Source of the DNA: Micavibrio sp.
GTDB lineage: Bacteria; Pseudomonadota; Alphaproteobacteria; Micavibrionales; UBA9664
Assembly: GCA_002699085.1 (NCBI GenBank)
Contig: PAAR01000028.1
Location: forward strand, 161,105 to 225,104
Length of the DNA stretch: 64,000 nucleotides
Direction of reading: 5' to 3'
The notes beneath the pieces were generated by a model. The model did not search any database. It was given only the letters and a program-made list of their open reading frames with translations, and was not told the origin of the DNA. Position numbers and translations under genes: made by a program. Below, in pieces: positions 8,717-18,562 of this stretch; within the stretch, counting starts at the first letter, position 1, and each line of letters opens with the position of its first letter.

Positions 8717-9741
8717 AACGCAATCTTCCTAGGGTCAAAGGCATCACGTACGGCCTCGCCAATAAATGTGAGTAAGGTCAATACAAAAGCTAAAGATAAA
8801 AAGGCTGTTAAACCTAACCAAGGTGCTTGAATATTATTTTTGCCTTGGGCAAGCATTTCTCCCAATGAAGGGGAGCCGGGCGGCAAGCCTAATCCAAGAA
8901 AGTCTAAGCTTGTGAGGGCTGTGATCGAGCCCGTAAGAATGAATGGCATAAAAGTAAGCGTGGCAACCATAGCGTTTGGTAATATATGCCGTTTCATAAT
9001 TTGCAAATCACCGACGCCAAGCGCACGGGCCGCACGTACATAATCAAAGTTCCTGACACGCAAAAACTCAGCACGCACAACATCAACCAATCTTGTCCAC
9101 GAAAATAGGAGAAGAATACCAAGCAGCGTGTAAAAGCTTGGTTCTATGATACTGGCAATGATAATAAGGATAAAAAGTTCAGGCAGGCCTGACCATACCT
9201 CAATGAAACGCTGAAAGAAAAGGTCGATTTTACCACCGTAATAGCCTTGAACTGCACCAGCTGCTACGCCAATAATAGTACTGAGTAACGTTAATGAGAG
9301 GCCAAAAATGATTGAAAGTCTGAGGCCATAGATAAGCCGTGCCAGTACATCGCGACCTTGATCGTCGGTGCCGAGCCAATTATCTGTTGTTGGCGAGGAA
9401 GGTGCGGGCTCGTCCAAATTGAAGTTAATCGTGTCATAGCTATAGCGAATAGGTGGCCAAATCATCCAGCCATCTTCATTGATAAGTTCTTCAACATAAG
9501 AATCACGGTAATCAGCTTCTGTTTTGAAATCGCCCCCGAAATAGGTTTCTGGCAAGTTTTGAACAATGGGGAAGAGCAGTTCACCCTTAAAAGAGACGAT
9601 AAGTGGTTTGTCATTAGCAATAATATTAGCAAAGAGAGTGATGGTGAATAAGCAAAGAAATATCCAGAATGACCAGTAGCCACGACGATTAGCCTTGAAC
9701 TGAGCAAGGCGTCTTTGGCTGATGGGGCTAAGATTTTTCAT
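8713..9741 (-). CDS. yejE: Peptide/microcin-type ABC permease (YejE-like)
   Basis: Near-collinear with E. coli YejE as I recall it (NWLGTDDQGRDVLARLIYG..., VRAEFLRVRNFDYVRAARALG). Confidence 0.85.
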   Translation of the reverse strand: MKNLSPISQRRLAQFKANRRGYWSFWIFLCLFTITLFANIIANDKPLIVSFKGELLFPIVQNLPETYFGGDFKTEADYRDSYVEELINEDGWMIWPPIRYSYDTINFNLDEPAPSSPTTDNWLGTDDQGRDVLARLIYGLRLSIIFGLSLTLLSTIIGVAAGAVQGYYGGKIDLFFQRFIEVWSGLPELFILIIIASIIEPSFYTLLGILLLFSWTRLVDVVRAEFLRVRNFDYVRAARALGVGDLQIMKRHILPNAMVATLTFMPFILTGSITALTSLDFLGLGLPPGSPSLGEMLAQGKNNIQAPWLGLTAFLSLAFVLTLLTFIGEAVRDAFDPRKIAL

Positions 9742-9757
9742 GAATTATGACCAGTTT

Positions 9758-9783
9758 TTAACGAATTTTTAAGAAGTGTTAAC
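9758..9783. promoter_or_regulatory. CtrA-box cluster upstream of fliF: TTAA-N7-TTAA-N6-TTAAC
   Basis: Sequence TTAACGAATTTTTAAGAAGTGTTAAC, with half-sites at 9758, 9769 and 9779. Lies 156-181 nt upstream of the fliF ATG. Confidence 0.5.
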
Positions 9784-9938
9784 TATTTATGAAGTATAAT
9801 GGTGCTGAAATCATGTCACAAGGATAAAAATGCCTATAAAACGACGGAATTTTAGGCTATACTGATAACAAGGAAGAAACTCTAAGACGATCCTAGTCAG
9901 GATTTTAAATATAAACAATAACGATAGCAGATATAATA

Positions 9939-11579
9939 ATGCCAGAAAATAGCTTCGTTCAAACAGTTAAAGGTCTAGGGACAGCGCGTCTTGCCGTGAT
10001 GGGCGGGATATTGGCGTTGCTTGTGGTGTTTTTCTTGTTTGTCTCTTTACGTGTCTCTGAACCAACAATGTCAATCTTGTACAGTGATTTGACAACAATT
10101 GATTCAAGTGCCGTTTCAGGGAAATTGGCTGAAGAGCAAATTATGTTTCAAGTCTCCCCTGATGGCTCTCGGGTATTCGTCCCTGAGCAAGATATTGGGC
10201 GGGCAAGAATGTTATTGGCACAAGCTGGACTGCCTAATGGTGGGTCGCTTGGGTATGAGTTATTCGATCAGCAAAATGGTTTTGGTACGACAACTTTTGT
10301 GCAGAACCTGAACAGTAAACGTGCGTTAGAGGGGGAATTGTCACGAACAATTATGGCGCTAGAGCAAGTTGAAAATGCTAAAGTTCATATCGTATTACCG
10401 CAGCGTGATCTTTTTGCGCGCGAAGCACGTACAGCGACGGCAAGTGTTACGCTGAAATTAAAACCGACAGAGCGTTTGGATAAAAAGCAGATTTACGGTA
10501 TTCAAAACTTGGTGGCAAGTGCGGTGCCTGAGTTGTCTACGAACTCGGTGTCTATCGTTGACTCGCAAGCTAATTTATTGGCTGGAGGGGATAATGATGA
10601 AGATGCCTTAGGTGGTGGGAACAAGGCCGATGAAATGCGCCGTGGCGTTGAGTCTCGTTTTAAGACGGCAATTGAAGATGTTGTTGGGCGTGTCGTTGGA
10701 TTGGATAATGTCCGTGCGACCGTTACAGCTAACCTAGATTTTGATCGTATTAGCACGAATTCTGAAATATACGACCCAGAGGGGCAAGTTTTAAGATCAT
10801 CACAAGTTACGGAAGAGAATGAAAAAGAACGGTCCCCGCAGAATGAAGGGGTGACCGTTGCTAATAATTTACCTGGCGTTGATGCATTAGATGGGCAAAG
10901 TGATAGTCCTACATCTGAAAGCTCTCGTGTTGAAGAATTGTCTAATTATGAGATTAGCCGTACGGTTTCAAGTACTGTACGAGAAACTGGACAAATTACT
11001 AAATTATCGGTGGCAGTAGTCGTTGATGGTACATATGTAACAGATGAAGAGGGTAATAAAGTATATCAAGAACGTAGCCCTGAGCAGATGGAAGCGATAA
11101 AAACAATTATTCGTTCAGCCATTGGCTTTGATGAAGATCGTGGAGACACAATGGAGGTTGTTAATCTTCCGTTCACTGAAATTGAGTTTGAAACAAAAGA
11201 CCCTGAGAGTACGATCTTAGGTTTCTCTAAAGATAATATTTTGGAAACGTTCCAGATGCTGACGCTTGGTGTGATGTTGGTGCTTGTTATCTTGCTTGTG
11301 GTGAAGCCAATCTTGTCCCAACTATTCCAAAGTGTTCAGAAAGAGGAAGAGGTTGAAGATGATGTTGCGGCACTTCTTGAAGGACGCCATGAAACACAAG
11401 CACTTGCAGGGCCGTCCGGTGAAGGGGAGAGTTCAGAAGAAGATGACGAATTGATGATTGATATGGGCGCTGTTGAAGGTAAAGTGAAGGCGTCTACTGT
11501 TAAGAAGGTGGGGGAAATTGTTGAAAATCACCCGACTGAGACTGTGTCTGTGTTGCGTCAATGGATGTCTGCGGATTAA
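9939..11579 (+). CDS. fliF: Flagellar MS-ring protein FliF
   Basis: 546 aa with N- and C-terminal TM segments and the conserved FliF periplasmic core (LARAQLGLPNGG-like AQAGLPNGGSLGYELFD). Confidence 0.95.
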   Translation: MPENSFVQTVKGLGTARLAVMGGILALLVVFFLFVSLRVSEPTMSILYSDLTTIDSSAVSGKLAEEQIMFQVSPDGSRVFVPEQDIGRARMLLAQAGLPNGGSLGYELFDQQNGFGTTTFVQNLNSKRALEGELSRTIMALEQVENAKVHIVLPQRDLFAREARTATASVTLKLKPTERLDKKQIYGIQNLVASAVPELSTNSVSIVDSQANLLAGGDNDEDALGGGNKADEMRRGVESRFKTAIEDVVGRVVGLDNVRATVTANLDFDRISTNSEIYDPEGQVLRSSQVTEENEKERSPQNEGVTVANNLPGVDALDGQSDSPTSESSRVEELSNYEISRTVSSTVRETGQITKLSVAVVVDGTYVTDEEGNKVYQERSPEQMEAIKTIIRSAIGFDEDRGDTMEVVNLPFTEIEFETKDPESTILGFSKDNILETFQMLTLGVMLVLVILLVVKPILSQLFQSVQKEEEVEDDVAALLEGRHETQALAGPSGEGESSEEDDELMIDMGAVEGKVKASTVKKVGEIVENHPTETVSVLRQWMSAD

Positions 11580-11601
11580 AGATAGAGTGTGTGAGTAATA
11601 T

Positions 11602-12624
11602 ATGGCGTTAAGGCTGAGAGAAGATTATAGAACGTTAAGTGGCTCTGAAAAGGCCGCTATATTTATGCTTGCGCTTGGTGAAGAGCATGCCAAAAAACTT
11701 TTCTCACATATGGATGATGAAGAGATCATGGAAATATCGCAGGTGATGTCTGGTCTGGGTAAAGTCAGTGCCAATATTATTGAACGCCTCTTTGTTGATT
11801 TTGCTGAGCAAATGTCTTCGACATCATCACTTGTTGGTACGATGGATAGTACCGAACGCTTATTGATGAATGTTTTGGGTAAAGACAAAGTGAATTCGAT
11901 CATGGAGGAGATCCGTGGTCCTGCTGGTCGTACGATGTGGGAGAAATTAGGCAATGTCAGTGAAGATGTTTTGGCTTCATTCTTACAAAAAGAATATCCG
12001 CAAACAGTAGCAGTTGTATTGTCCAAAATTGAACCTAATCATGCAGGTGCGGTTCTTGGTCAATTCCCAGAGAATTTCTCAATGGAAGTTATTAACCGCA
12101 TGTTGAAAATGGAAGCGGTAACACGTGATGTTCTTGATGATGTCGAAAAAACGCTTCGTACAGAATTTATGTCGAATTTAGCGCGTACAAGTCGTTTGGA
12201 TAGCCATGAAATGATGGCAAATATCTTTAATGGTATGGATCGTGCGACAGAGACACGCTTTATGCAGTCATTAGAGCAAAATTTGCCAGATTCTGCGGAG
12301 AAGATACGTGCATTGATGTTTACATTTGATGATCTTATCGCTGTCGATCAGGCGGGTGTTCAAACGCTTATTCGTGCATCAGATAAAGAAAAATTACCAT
12401 TGGCACTTAAAGGTGCATCAGAAGAAATTAAAGATCTGTTCTTCTCTAATATGTCAGAGCGTGCGGCTAAAATCATGCGTGAGGATATGGAAGCAATGGG
12501 TCCTGTGAAGCTTAAAGATGTGGAGGAAGCGCAATCTTATGTTGTGAATATTGCTAAAGATCTTGAGGCACGGGGTGAAATTCAGATTGCTTCTGGAGAT
12601 GATGACGATCAGCTTATTTACTAA
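11602..12624 (+). CDS. fliG: Flagellar motor switch protein FliG
   Basis: [18 protein letters not shown]-terminus, and a C-terminal domain with [14 protein letters not shown] and a torque-helix region. Confidence 0.95.
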   Translation: MALRLREDYRTLSGSEKAAIFMLALGEEHAKKLFSHMDDEEIMEISQVMSGLGKVSANIIERLFVDFAEQMSSTSSLVGTMDSTERLLMNVLGKDKVNSIMEEIRGPAGRTMWEKLGNVSEDVLASFLQKEYPQTVAVVLSKIEPNHAGAVLGQFPENFSMEVINRMLKMEAVTRDVLDDVEKTLRTEFMSNLARTSRLDSHEMMANIFNGMDRATETRFMQSLEQNLPDSAEKIRALMFTFDDLIAVDQAGVQTLIRASDKEKLPLALKGASEEIKDLFFSNMSERAAKIMREDMEAMGPVKLKDVEEAQSYVVNIAKDLEARGEIQIASGDDDDQLIY

Positions 12625-12648
12625 GAATAGAAAGGGCTGAGGTGTGTT

Positions 12649-13329
12649 GTGCCTAAGAAAAATATAAAAAAATTTCTTTTTGATAGTCATAATTTTGATC
12701 CACCGGATCCAGAGGATTTGATTCCAGAGGAGCCGAGTTTTTCTGAGGCTGAATTGCAGGCGGCGCAGAAAGCAGGTTTTGAAGAAGGTTTAACGACAGC
12801 TCTTGAGCAATCTAAAACGCTTATTGAGCGAGACATTTCTGATAAAATAGGTGTGCTTGTCGCTCGTATTGATGAATTAGAAGCAGCAGAAGTTGCTAGA
12901 GAGCAGCTATTTGAAGAGGAAGTTGTTTCGATTGCCTTGAAAGCGATCGAAAAAATATTTCCCCACTTATCTGAAGCGCATGCTTATGAAGAAGTTTATC
13001 GATATGTCGAATCAGTTCTTGAGGCACAAAAAGAAGTTTTGGGTAAAATTGAAGTGCTGGGAACAAAGACAACTATTGAGCAATTGCAGCCACGATTGGA
13101 GGCTTATATTGAGCAACATGGTCATAAAACCACCCTTGTTTTTACGGCAAAAGAGCAATTAGAGGAAAAGGATGTTGTGTTGAAATGGCAAGATGGCGGT
13201 GCAGAGAAGTATTTCGACCGTACGGCAAAACAGATTGTTGAAGCTGTTTCGTCTTTTTATACGCAAAAAAACACGGATAAACCTGTTGAGGATGAAAAGT
13301 CCCTTGAGGCTGAGGACGATACACCGTAA
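12649..13329 (+). CDS. fliH: FliH-like flagellar export apparatus protein (FlbE position)
   Basis: GTG start. Acidic helical protein with an AGFEEG motif. Position between fliG and fliN matches the Caulobacter fliF operon. Confidence 0.6.
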   Translation: MPKKNIKKFLFDSHNFDPPDPEDLIPEEPSFSEAELQAAQKAGFEEGLTTALEQSKTLIERDISDKIGVLVARIDELEAAEVAREQLFEEEVVSIALKAIEKIFPHLSEAHAYEEVYRYVESVLEAQKEVLGKIEVLGTKTTIEQLQPRLEAYIEQHGHKTTLVFTAKEQLEEKDVVLKWQDGGAEKYFDRTAKQIVEAVSSFYTQKNTDKPVEDEKSLEAEDDTP

Positions 13330-13369
13330 ACTGGATACATAAACTATTGGAAAAGCTGAAGGAAATATA

Positions 13370-13789
13370 ATGGCTGAAGATGATGTAAACACACCCGAAG
13401 AAGAAACTGCTGCGCCAGAAGAGGCAGCTGCCCCAGCACCTGAAAAGAAAGAAGCAGATGATGGTGGTATGTCGCTTGGTGAAATGCATGATCCTTCAGA
13501 TTTGATTGATGAAGCGAATGATTTCGAAATGGGTGAGCCTATGGTGAAGGATGTTGAGGCGATCTATGATGTGCCTGTGCAGATTTCAGCTGTGCTTGGC
13601 CGTTCTCAAATGCAAGTCTCTCAATTGCTAAAACTGGGACGTGGTGCTGTTGTTGAACTTGATCGTAAGGTTGGTGAAGCAATTGATATCTATGTGAATA
13701 ATCGTTTGGTAGCGCGTGGTGAGGTTGTTGTCGTTGAGGATAAACTGGGTGTGACGATGACTGAAATTGTTAAGTCAGATAGAGCATAG
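13370..13789 (+). CDS. fliN: Flagellar motor switch protein FliN
   Basis: C-terminal SpoA domain: VPVQISAVLGRSQMQVSQLLKLGRGAVVELDRKVGEAIDIYVNNRLVARGEVVVVEDKLGV. Confidence 0.9.
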   Translation: MAEDDVNTPEEETAAPEEAAAPAPEKKEADDGGMSLGEMHDPSDLIDEANDFEMGEPMVKDVEAIYDVPVQISAVLGRSQMQVSQLLKLGRGAVVELDRKVGEAIDIYVNNRLVARGEVVVVEDKLGVTMTEIVKSDRA

Positions 13790-13797
13790 GAAAAATT

Positions 13798-14667
13798 TTG
13801 GCTAAGAAAAATGAATTTATGGCAGCAGACGAACAAGTAGAGGTCACATCTATCTCTACACGTGTGCCAGATATTCGTATTGAGGGGCCTTCACTACGTT
13901 TTGATGTCATTACCATTGCGGGTCTTATTATTGCAGTGGGCTTGATTGTTTCTGCGCTTATCGTGGGCGGTTCACCGCAGGCCTTTGTCAATCCTGCAGC
14001 ACTTATGATTGTTTTAGGCGGTACAATGGCTGTGACTGCTATTTCATTTATGCCTGAAGACCTTGCCCGTCTTGGTGGTGTTGTTTTTGAAACCATTAAA
14101 TATCCCGTACGCTCGCCATCAGCTGTAGCGATGGAGATGATGGATTTAGCCGTAGTGGCGCGTCAAAAAGGGTTGTTGGCCGTAAGTGAGTTTGAAGCAG
14201 AGTTGCGTAAAGATTCTATTATCCGTGATGCTTTTATCCATTTGATTGATGGTTTTGATCCTCAAAAAGTGATTATGATTTTACAGCAAGATTTAGACTC
14301 TAATATTGAACAGAGTCGTAAGTCAGCAGATATCTTAAAGCGTGCTGCGGAAGTGGCACCTGCAATGGGCTTGATTGGTACATTGGTTGGTTTGGTGCAA
14401 ATGCTTTCTGTATTAAAAGACCCAGATAGTATTGGTCCTGCAATGGCAATTGCGTTGCTAACAACTTTTTATGGTGCTTTATTAGGCACAGTGCTTATTG
14501 CCCCTTTGGCGGCAAAAATTGAACGTAAAAGTAAACAAGATGCTCTTATTCGCCAGCTTGTTTTGGCAACAGTGGTGTCTGTAGCCAATAAGGATAACCC
14601 ACGTCAGTTGGAAATTGAATTAAATGCCCTTTTACCAGCAAATCAGCGTATCGTCTATTTTGCTTAA
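13798..14667 (+). CDS. motA: Flagellar stator protein MotA/PomA family (about 35-aa N-terminal extension; no motB adjacent)
   Basis: Four TM segments and the conserved C-terminal plug/pore region (APAMGLIGTLVGLVQML, ALLTTFYGALLG). TTG start at 13798; an alternative ATG lies at 13819. Confidence 0.88.
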   Translation: MAKKNEFMAADEQVEVTSISTRVPDIRIEGPSLRFDVITIAGLIIAVGLIVSALIVGGSPQAFVNPAALMIVLGGTMAVTAISFMPEDLARLGGVVFETIKYPVRSPSAVAMEMMDLAVVARQKGLLAVSEFEAELRKDSIIRDAFIHLIDGFDPQKVIMILQQDLDSNIEQSRKSADILKRAAEVAPAMGLIGTLVGLVQMLSVLKDPDSIGPAMAIALLTTFYGALLGTVLIAPLAAKIERKSKQDALIRQLVLATVVSVANKDNPRQLEIELNALLPANQRIVYFA

Positions 14668-14726
14668 AGCGCATATCACACTATATTAATCATATGAGAT
14701 TAGAGAAGAATAAAAGAGGGTTTTAA

Positions 14727-16061
14727 ATGCGGTTAATGATTGTTGGACAATTAGAAAGTAAAATTTCTGAAGCAGGTAAGATTGCTCTAAAGCGTGGGGC
14801 TAAGATTATTCATTGTGAGGATAAAGGTCAGGCCTTGGGTGCTTTACGTATGGGTAAGGGTGCTGATGTTGTTTTAATGGATGTGAAACAAGACATTAAA
14901 GGTTTTATCGAAGCGCTTGATGCTGAACGTATTCATATTCCTGTGGTCGCTTGTGGCATTGGCACAGACACCGCTTCTGCAGTGAATGCAATTAAAGCAG
15001 GCGCAAAGGAGTATATTCCCTTGCCACCGGATGAAGAGCTTATTGCCGCAGTATTTGAGGCGATTTCCGAAGAATCAAATGATATGATTGCCGGTGATCC
15101 TGCGATGCAGGCGGTTATTAAGTTAGCGGATCAAATCGCCCCTAGTGAGGCGACTGTACTCATTACAGGCGAAAGTGGCACAGGTAAAGAGGTGATGTCT
15201 CGCTATATTCATAAAAAATCAAAGCGTAAAGACGGGCCTTTTATTGCACTGAATTGTGCAGCCATTCCTGAAAATCTTTTAGAGTCAGAACTTTTTGGCC
15301 ATGAGAAGGGCGCATTTACGGGGGCTGTTGCACGTCGTGTTGGTAAGTTTGAAGAGGCTACTGGTGGCACATTGCTACTTGATGAGGTTTCTGAGATGCA
15401 CCCATTATTACAAGCAAAATTATTACGCGCTATTCAAGAGCGTGTCATTGATCGTGTTGGTGGTAAAGAACCTGTTAAAATTGATGTGCGTATTTTGGCA
15501 ACGTCAAACCGAAATTTGGAAGAAACAGTTAAAAAGGGCGATTTTCGTGAAGACCTTTATTTCCGTTTAAATGTCGTTAATATCCGTTTGCCGAGCTTGC
15601 GTGAGCGGCCATCTGATATTGGACGTTTAGCACAGTTTTTTATTGATAAATATGCCGAAGTAAATGGCGTACCAAAGAAAAAGCTATCGTTAGCGGCTGA
15701 AGAGAAAATTAAGAGTTACGGTTGGCGTGGTAATATACGTGAGCTAGAAAACACTATGCATCGTGCAATTCTTATTTCTGTTGAGGCTGAGGTTGAGCCA
15801 GAAGCTATTCATTTAAATGAAGCGATGGAAGTCTCAAAACCAACAGTTGCAACTAATAATGCTTCAAATGACACAAGTGGTGGTGCTGTTGGTTCAACAG
15901 TAGCAGATGTGGAGAGAAACCTTATTTTGAATACGTTAGATCACTGTTTAGGCAACAGAACGCATGCGGCTAAAATTTTAGGTATCAGTATTCGTACGTT
16001 GCGGAATAAACTTAATCAATATGAAGGTGAGGGTGTTAAAATACCCGCATCTCAAGGATAA
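14727..16061 (+). CDS. flbD: sigma54-dependent flagellar activator FlbD (degenerate receiver + AAA+ + HTH)
   Basis: Walker A GESGTGKE, sigma54-contact motif GAFTGA, and a C-terminal Fis-type HTH. The receiver lacks the acidic DD pair (MRLMIVGQLES). Confidence 0.88.
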   Translation: MRLMIVGQLESKISEAGKIALKRGAKIIHCEDKGQALGALRMGKGADVVLMDVKQDIKGFIEALDAERIHIPVVACGIGTDTASAVNAIKAGAKEYIPLPPDEELIAAVFEAISEESNDMIAGDPAMQAVIKLADQIAPSEATVLITGESGTGKEVMSRYIHKKSKRKDGPFIALNCAAIPENLLESELFGHEKGAFTGAVARRVGKFEEATGGTLLLDEVSEMHPLLQAKLLRAIQERVIDRVGGKEPVKIDVRILATSNRNLEETVKKGDFREDLYFRLNVVNIRLPSLRERPSDIGRLAQFFIDKYAEVNGVPKKKLSLAAEEKIKSYGWRGNIRELENTMHRAILISVEAEVEPEAIHLNEAMEVSKPTVATNNASNDTSGGAVGSTVADVERNLILNTLDHCLGNRTHAAKILGISIRTLRNKLNQYEGEGVKIPASQG

Positions 16062-16066
16062 ATTGA

Positions 16067-16291
16067 CTATAAGAAATATTCAATTTTAGTGTTTTCTACT
16101 TCGGCTTTTATCGAATTGACAAAAGAAGTGCCATCATTGAACTCAAGTTTATGCGTTCTTCCGCCATGCTCAATATTGAGGTCATCGACTTGTTCTTGTA
16201 ACTGGTCTCTTTTTGATATGTCGAACCAGTCACCATGTCCTTTATGGCGGCCAATTCTCCAGGCAATTCTGCAATAAGCTTTTTCTTTCAT
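16067..16291 (-). CDS. Hypothetical 74-aa protein wedged between flbD and flhA
   Basis: Open frame in an AT-rich 368-nt gap with balanced amino-acid composition and a weak RBS (AAGGG). 4 of 5 Arg codons are AGA. No family recognised. Confidence 0.45.
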   Translation of the reverse strand: MKEKAYCRIAWRIGRHKGHGDWFDISKRDQLQEQVDDLNIEHGGRTHKLEFNDGTSFVNSIKAEVENTKIEYFL

Positions 16292-16429
16292 GTTACCCTT
16301 TGTAATTATTAAGTGTAGCTGCGTCAGGTAAATAAAATGTTAAGGTCTGGATGGTTTAAGAGCATGCTTTCAATTGTTTCTTCGGTGTTTTTGGGCTAAA
16401 ATGAATTAACGTGTAACAGTTGGGAAGAA

Positions 16430-18529
16430 ATGGCAGTTAATCAGCCTTCAGGGCCAGTATTTTCATTTATAGGGCTTCGTAATACGATTTTAAGTGGTAG
16501 ATTTTATTTAGCACTTGGGATTGTCGCTATTGTTGTTGCCTTTATTTTCCCGATGCCTTCTGGCTTGTTGGACTTAATGCTTGTGCTGTCTCTGGCCTTT
16601 GCGGTGCTGATTTTGATGATGGCCTTGTTCATTGAAAAAAGTCTGGATTTTTCTACCTTTCCTACGGTTTTGCTGATTGCCACGATGCTTAGGCTGGCCT
16701 TGAATCTGGCATCTACGCGACTGATTTTATCAAATGGCCATGAGGGGCAGGCTGCGGCAGGTCATGTTATTGCTGCTTTTGGGCATTTTATTATTCAAGA
16801 CAGCTATATTATTGGGGCGATTGTCTTTACGATTTTAGTGATCGTGAACTTTGTGGTTATCACTAAGGGTTCTGGGCGTATTGCCGAAGTTGCGGCAAGG
16901 TTTTCTTTGGACGCTATGCCTGGTAAGCAGATGGCCATTGATAGTGACTTGTCATCAGGCCTTATCAATGAAGCTGAAGCAAAGGCTAAGCGTTTAGAGC
17001 TAGAGCAAGAAAGCACGTTTTTTGGGGCGATGGATGGTGCGGCAAAATTCGTAAAAGGGGATGCTATTGCAGGCCTGATGATTACGTTTATCAATATCTT
17101 AGGCGGTATTGTTTATGGAACACTTCAGCAAGGTATTACGCTATCAGAGGCAGCACAAACATATACGATTCTGACAATTGGTGACGGCCTTGTCTCTCAA
17201 ATTCCTGCTTTAATCATTTCAGTGGCTGCTGGTATTTTGGTGTCCAAGGCAGGTATTAATGCGACAACGCAGGATGCTTTATTTAAACAATTTCAGAAAT
17301 ATCCAGCCGCCTTTGCTATGAGTGGCGTGATGATGCTAATTTTAGGCATTCTGCCGGGTATTCCTTTTGTGCCTTTTGCTGTTTTAGGTTTGGGTTCATG
17401 CGGTCTTGCTTATATGTCATGGCGTGGTACAGAAACAGAGAAGATTGCCGTTGAACAAAAATTACAATTAGAACACAAGTCTGTTGAGAAAGAGGAGAAG
17501 CCAATTGGCGAAACCTTAGCACTTGATAACATTCGTATTGAACTTGGTTATGGATTGTTGCAGATGGTCAATGGTCAATCGGATCGCAAGATTACCGATC
17601 AGATTAAAGGTGTGAGGCAGCAATTAGCAGAAGATGTGGGTTTTGTTCTACCTGCGGTGCGTGTGATGGATAATTTACAATTGCCTGCAAATGCTTACAC
17701 CGTCAAGGTTAAGGAGATCACCGCTGGATCGGGTGAGATACGCCCCAATATGTTGTTATGTATGGACCCGACAGGTAAGAAAATTGATTTGCCAGGTGAA
17801 GTGACGACAGAGCCAACTTTTGGCCTTCCAGCGATGTGGGTTGATGAAAAACATAAAGAAGAGGCGCATTTTAAAGGTTATACGGTGGTTGATGCCTCAA
17901 CTGTGATTACAACACATCTAACAGAGATCATTAAAGATTCTATGGTTGATCTACTCTCTTATGCCGAAACCCGTAAATTACTTGATGAGTTAGGGCCTGA
18001 GCATAAGAAGCTTATTGAAGATGTGGTGCCGACACAAATTACAGTGACGGGCTTGCAGCGCATTTTACAAACCCTGCTTGCAGAGCGTATATCAATTCGT
18101 GATTTGCCAGCGATACTTGAAGGTATAGCAGAAGCAAGTGCATACACAAAAAGTAGTAATATGATTACGGAGCATGTGCGTATGCGGATGGCACGGCAGC
18201 TATGTAATCAGTTTGCAGATGGAAATGGCGTACTGAAATTATGCACCTTATCACCTGAATGGGAGCAGAACTTCCTTGAAAGCCTTATTGGTGATGGTGA
18301 AGAAAAACAATTGGCGATGGCACCTTCAAAGTTACAGGACTTTATTTCTGCAGTGCGTAAAGCCTATGAAGAATATGCTAAACAAGGTGAGTCACCGGTA
18401 TTGCTGACTTCTGCAACAATCCGTCCTTATGTAAGGTCTATTATTGAACGGTTTAGATCAGCAATTGTCGTGATGTCTCAAAATGAGGTGCATCCAAAGG
18501 CTAAAATTAAGACAATGGGTTCTGTTTAA
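16430..18529 (+). CDS. flhA: Flagellar type III export gate protein FlhA
   Basis: 699 aa, an 8-TM N-terminal domain, the FHIPEP motif region (RFSLDAMPGKQMAIDSDL) and a large cytoplasmic domain. Confidence 0.97.
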   Translation: MAVNQPSGPVFSFIGLRNTILSGRFYLALGIVAIVVAFIFPMPSGLLDLMLVLSLAFAVLILMMALFIEKSLDFSTFPTVLLIATMLRLALNLASTRLILSNGHEGQAAAGHVIAAFGHFIIQDSYIIGAIVFTILVIVNFVVITKGSGRIAEVAARFSLDAMPGKQMAIDSDLSSGLINEAEAKAKRLELEQESTFFGAMDGAAKFVKGDAIAGLMITFINILGGIVYGTLQQGITLSEAAQTYTILTIGDGLVSQIPALIISVAAGILVSKAGINATTQDALFKQFQKYPAAFAMSGVMMLILGILPGIPFVPFAVLGLGSCGLAYMSWRGTETEKIAVEQKLQLEHKSVEKEEKPIGETLALDNIRIELGYGLLQMVNGQSDRKITDQIKGVRQQLAEDVGFVLPAVRVMDNLQLPANAYTVKVKEITAGSGEIRPNMLLCMDPTGKKIDLPGEVTTEPTFGLPAMWVDEKHKEEAHFKGYTVVDASTVITTHLTEIIKDSMVDLLSYAETRKLLDELGPEHKKLIEDVVPTQITVTGLQRILQTLLAERISIRDLPAILEGIAEASAYTKSSNMITEHVRMRMARQLCNQFADGNGVLKLCTLSPEWEQNFLESLIGDGEEKQLAMAPSKLQDFISAVRKAYEEYAKQGESPVLLTSATIRPYVRSIIERFRSAIVVMSQNEVHPKAKIKTMGSV

Positions 18530-18547
18530 AATATTCTAACTAAAACC

Positions 18548-18562
18548 TTAACCTTTTGTTAA
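18548..18562. promoter_or_regulatory. Canonical CtrA box TTAA-N7-TTAA upstream of flhF
   Basis: Sequence TTAACCTTTTGTTAA, 95 nt upstream of the preferred flhF ATG (18657). Confidence 0.5.
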
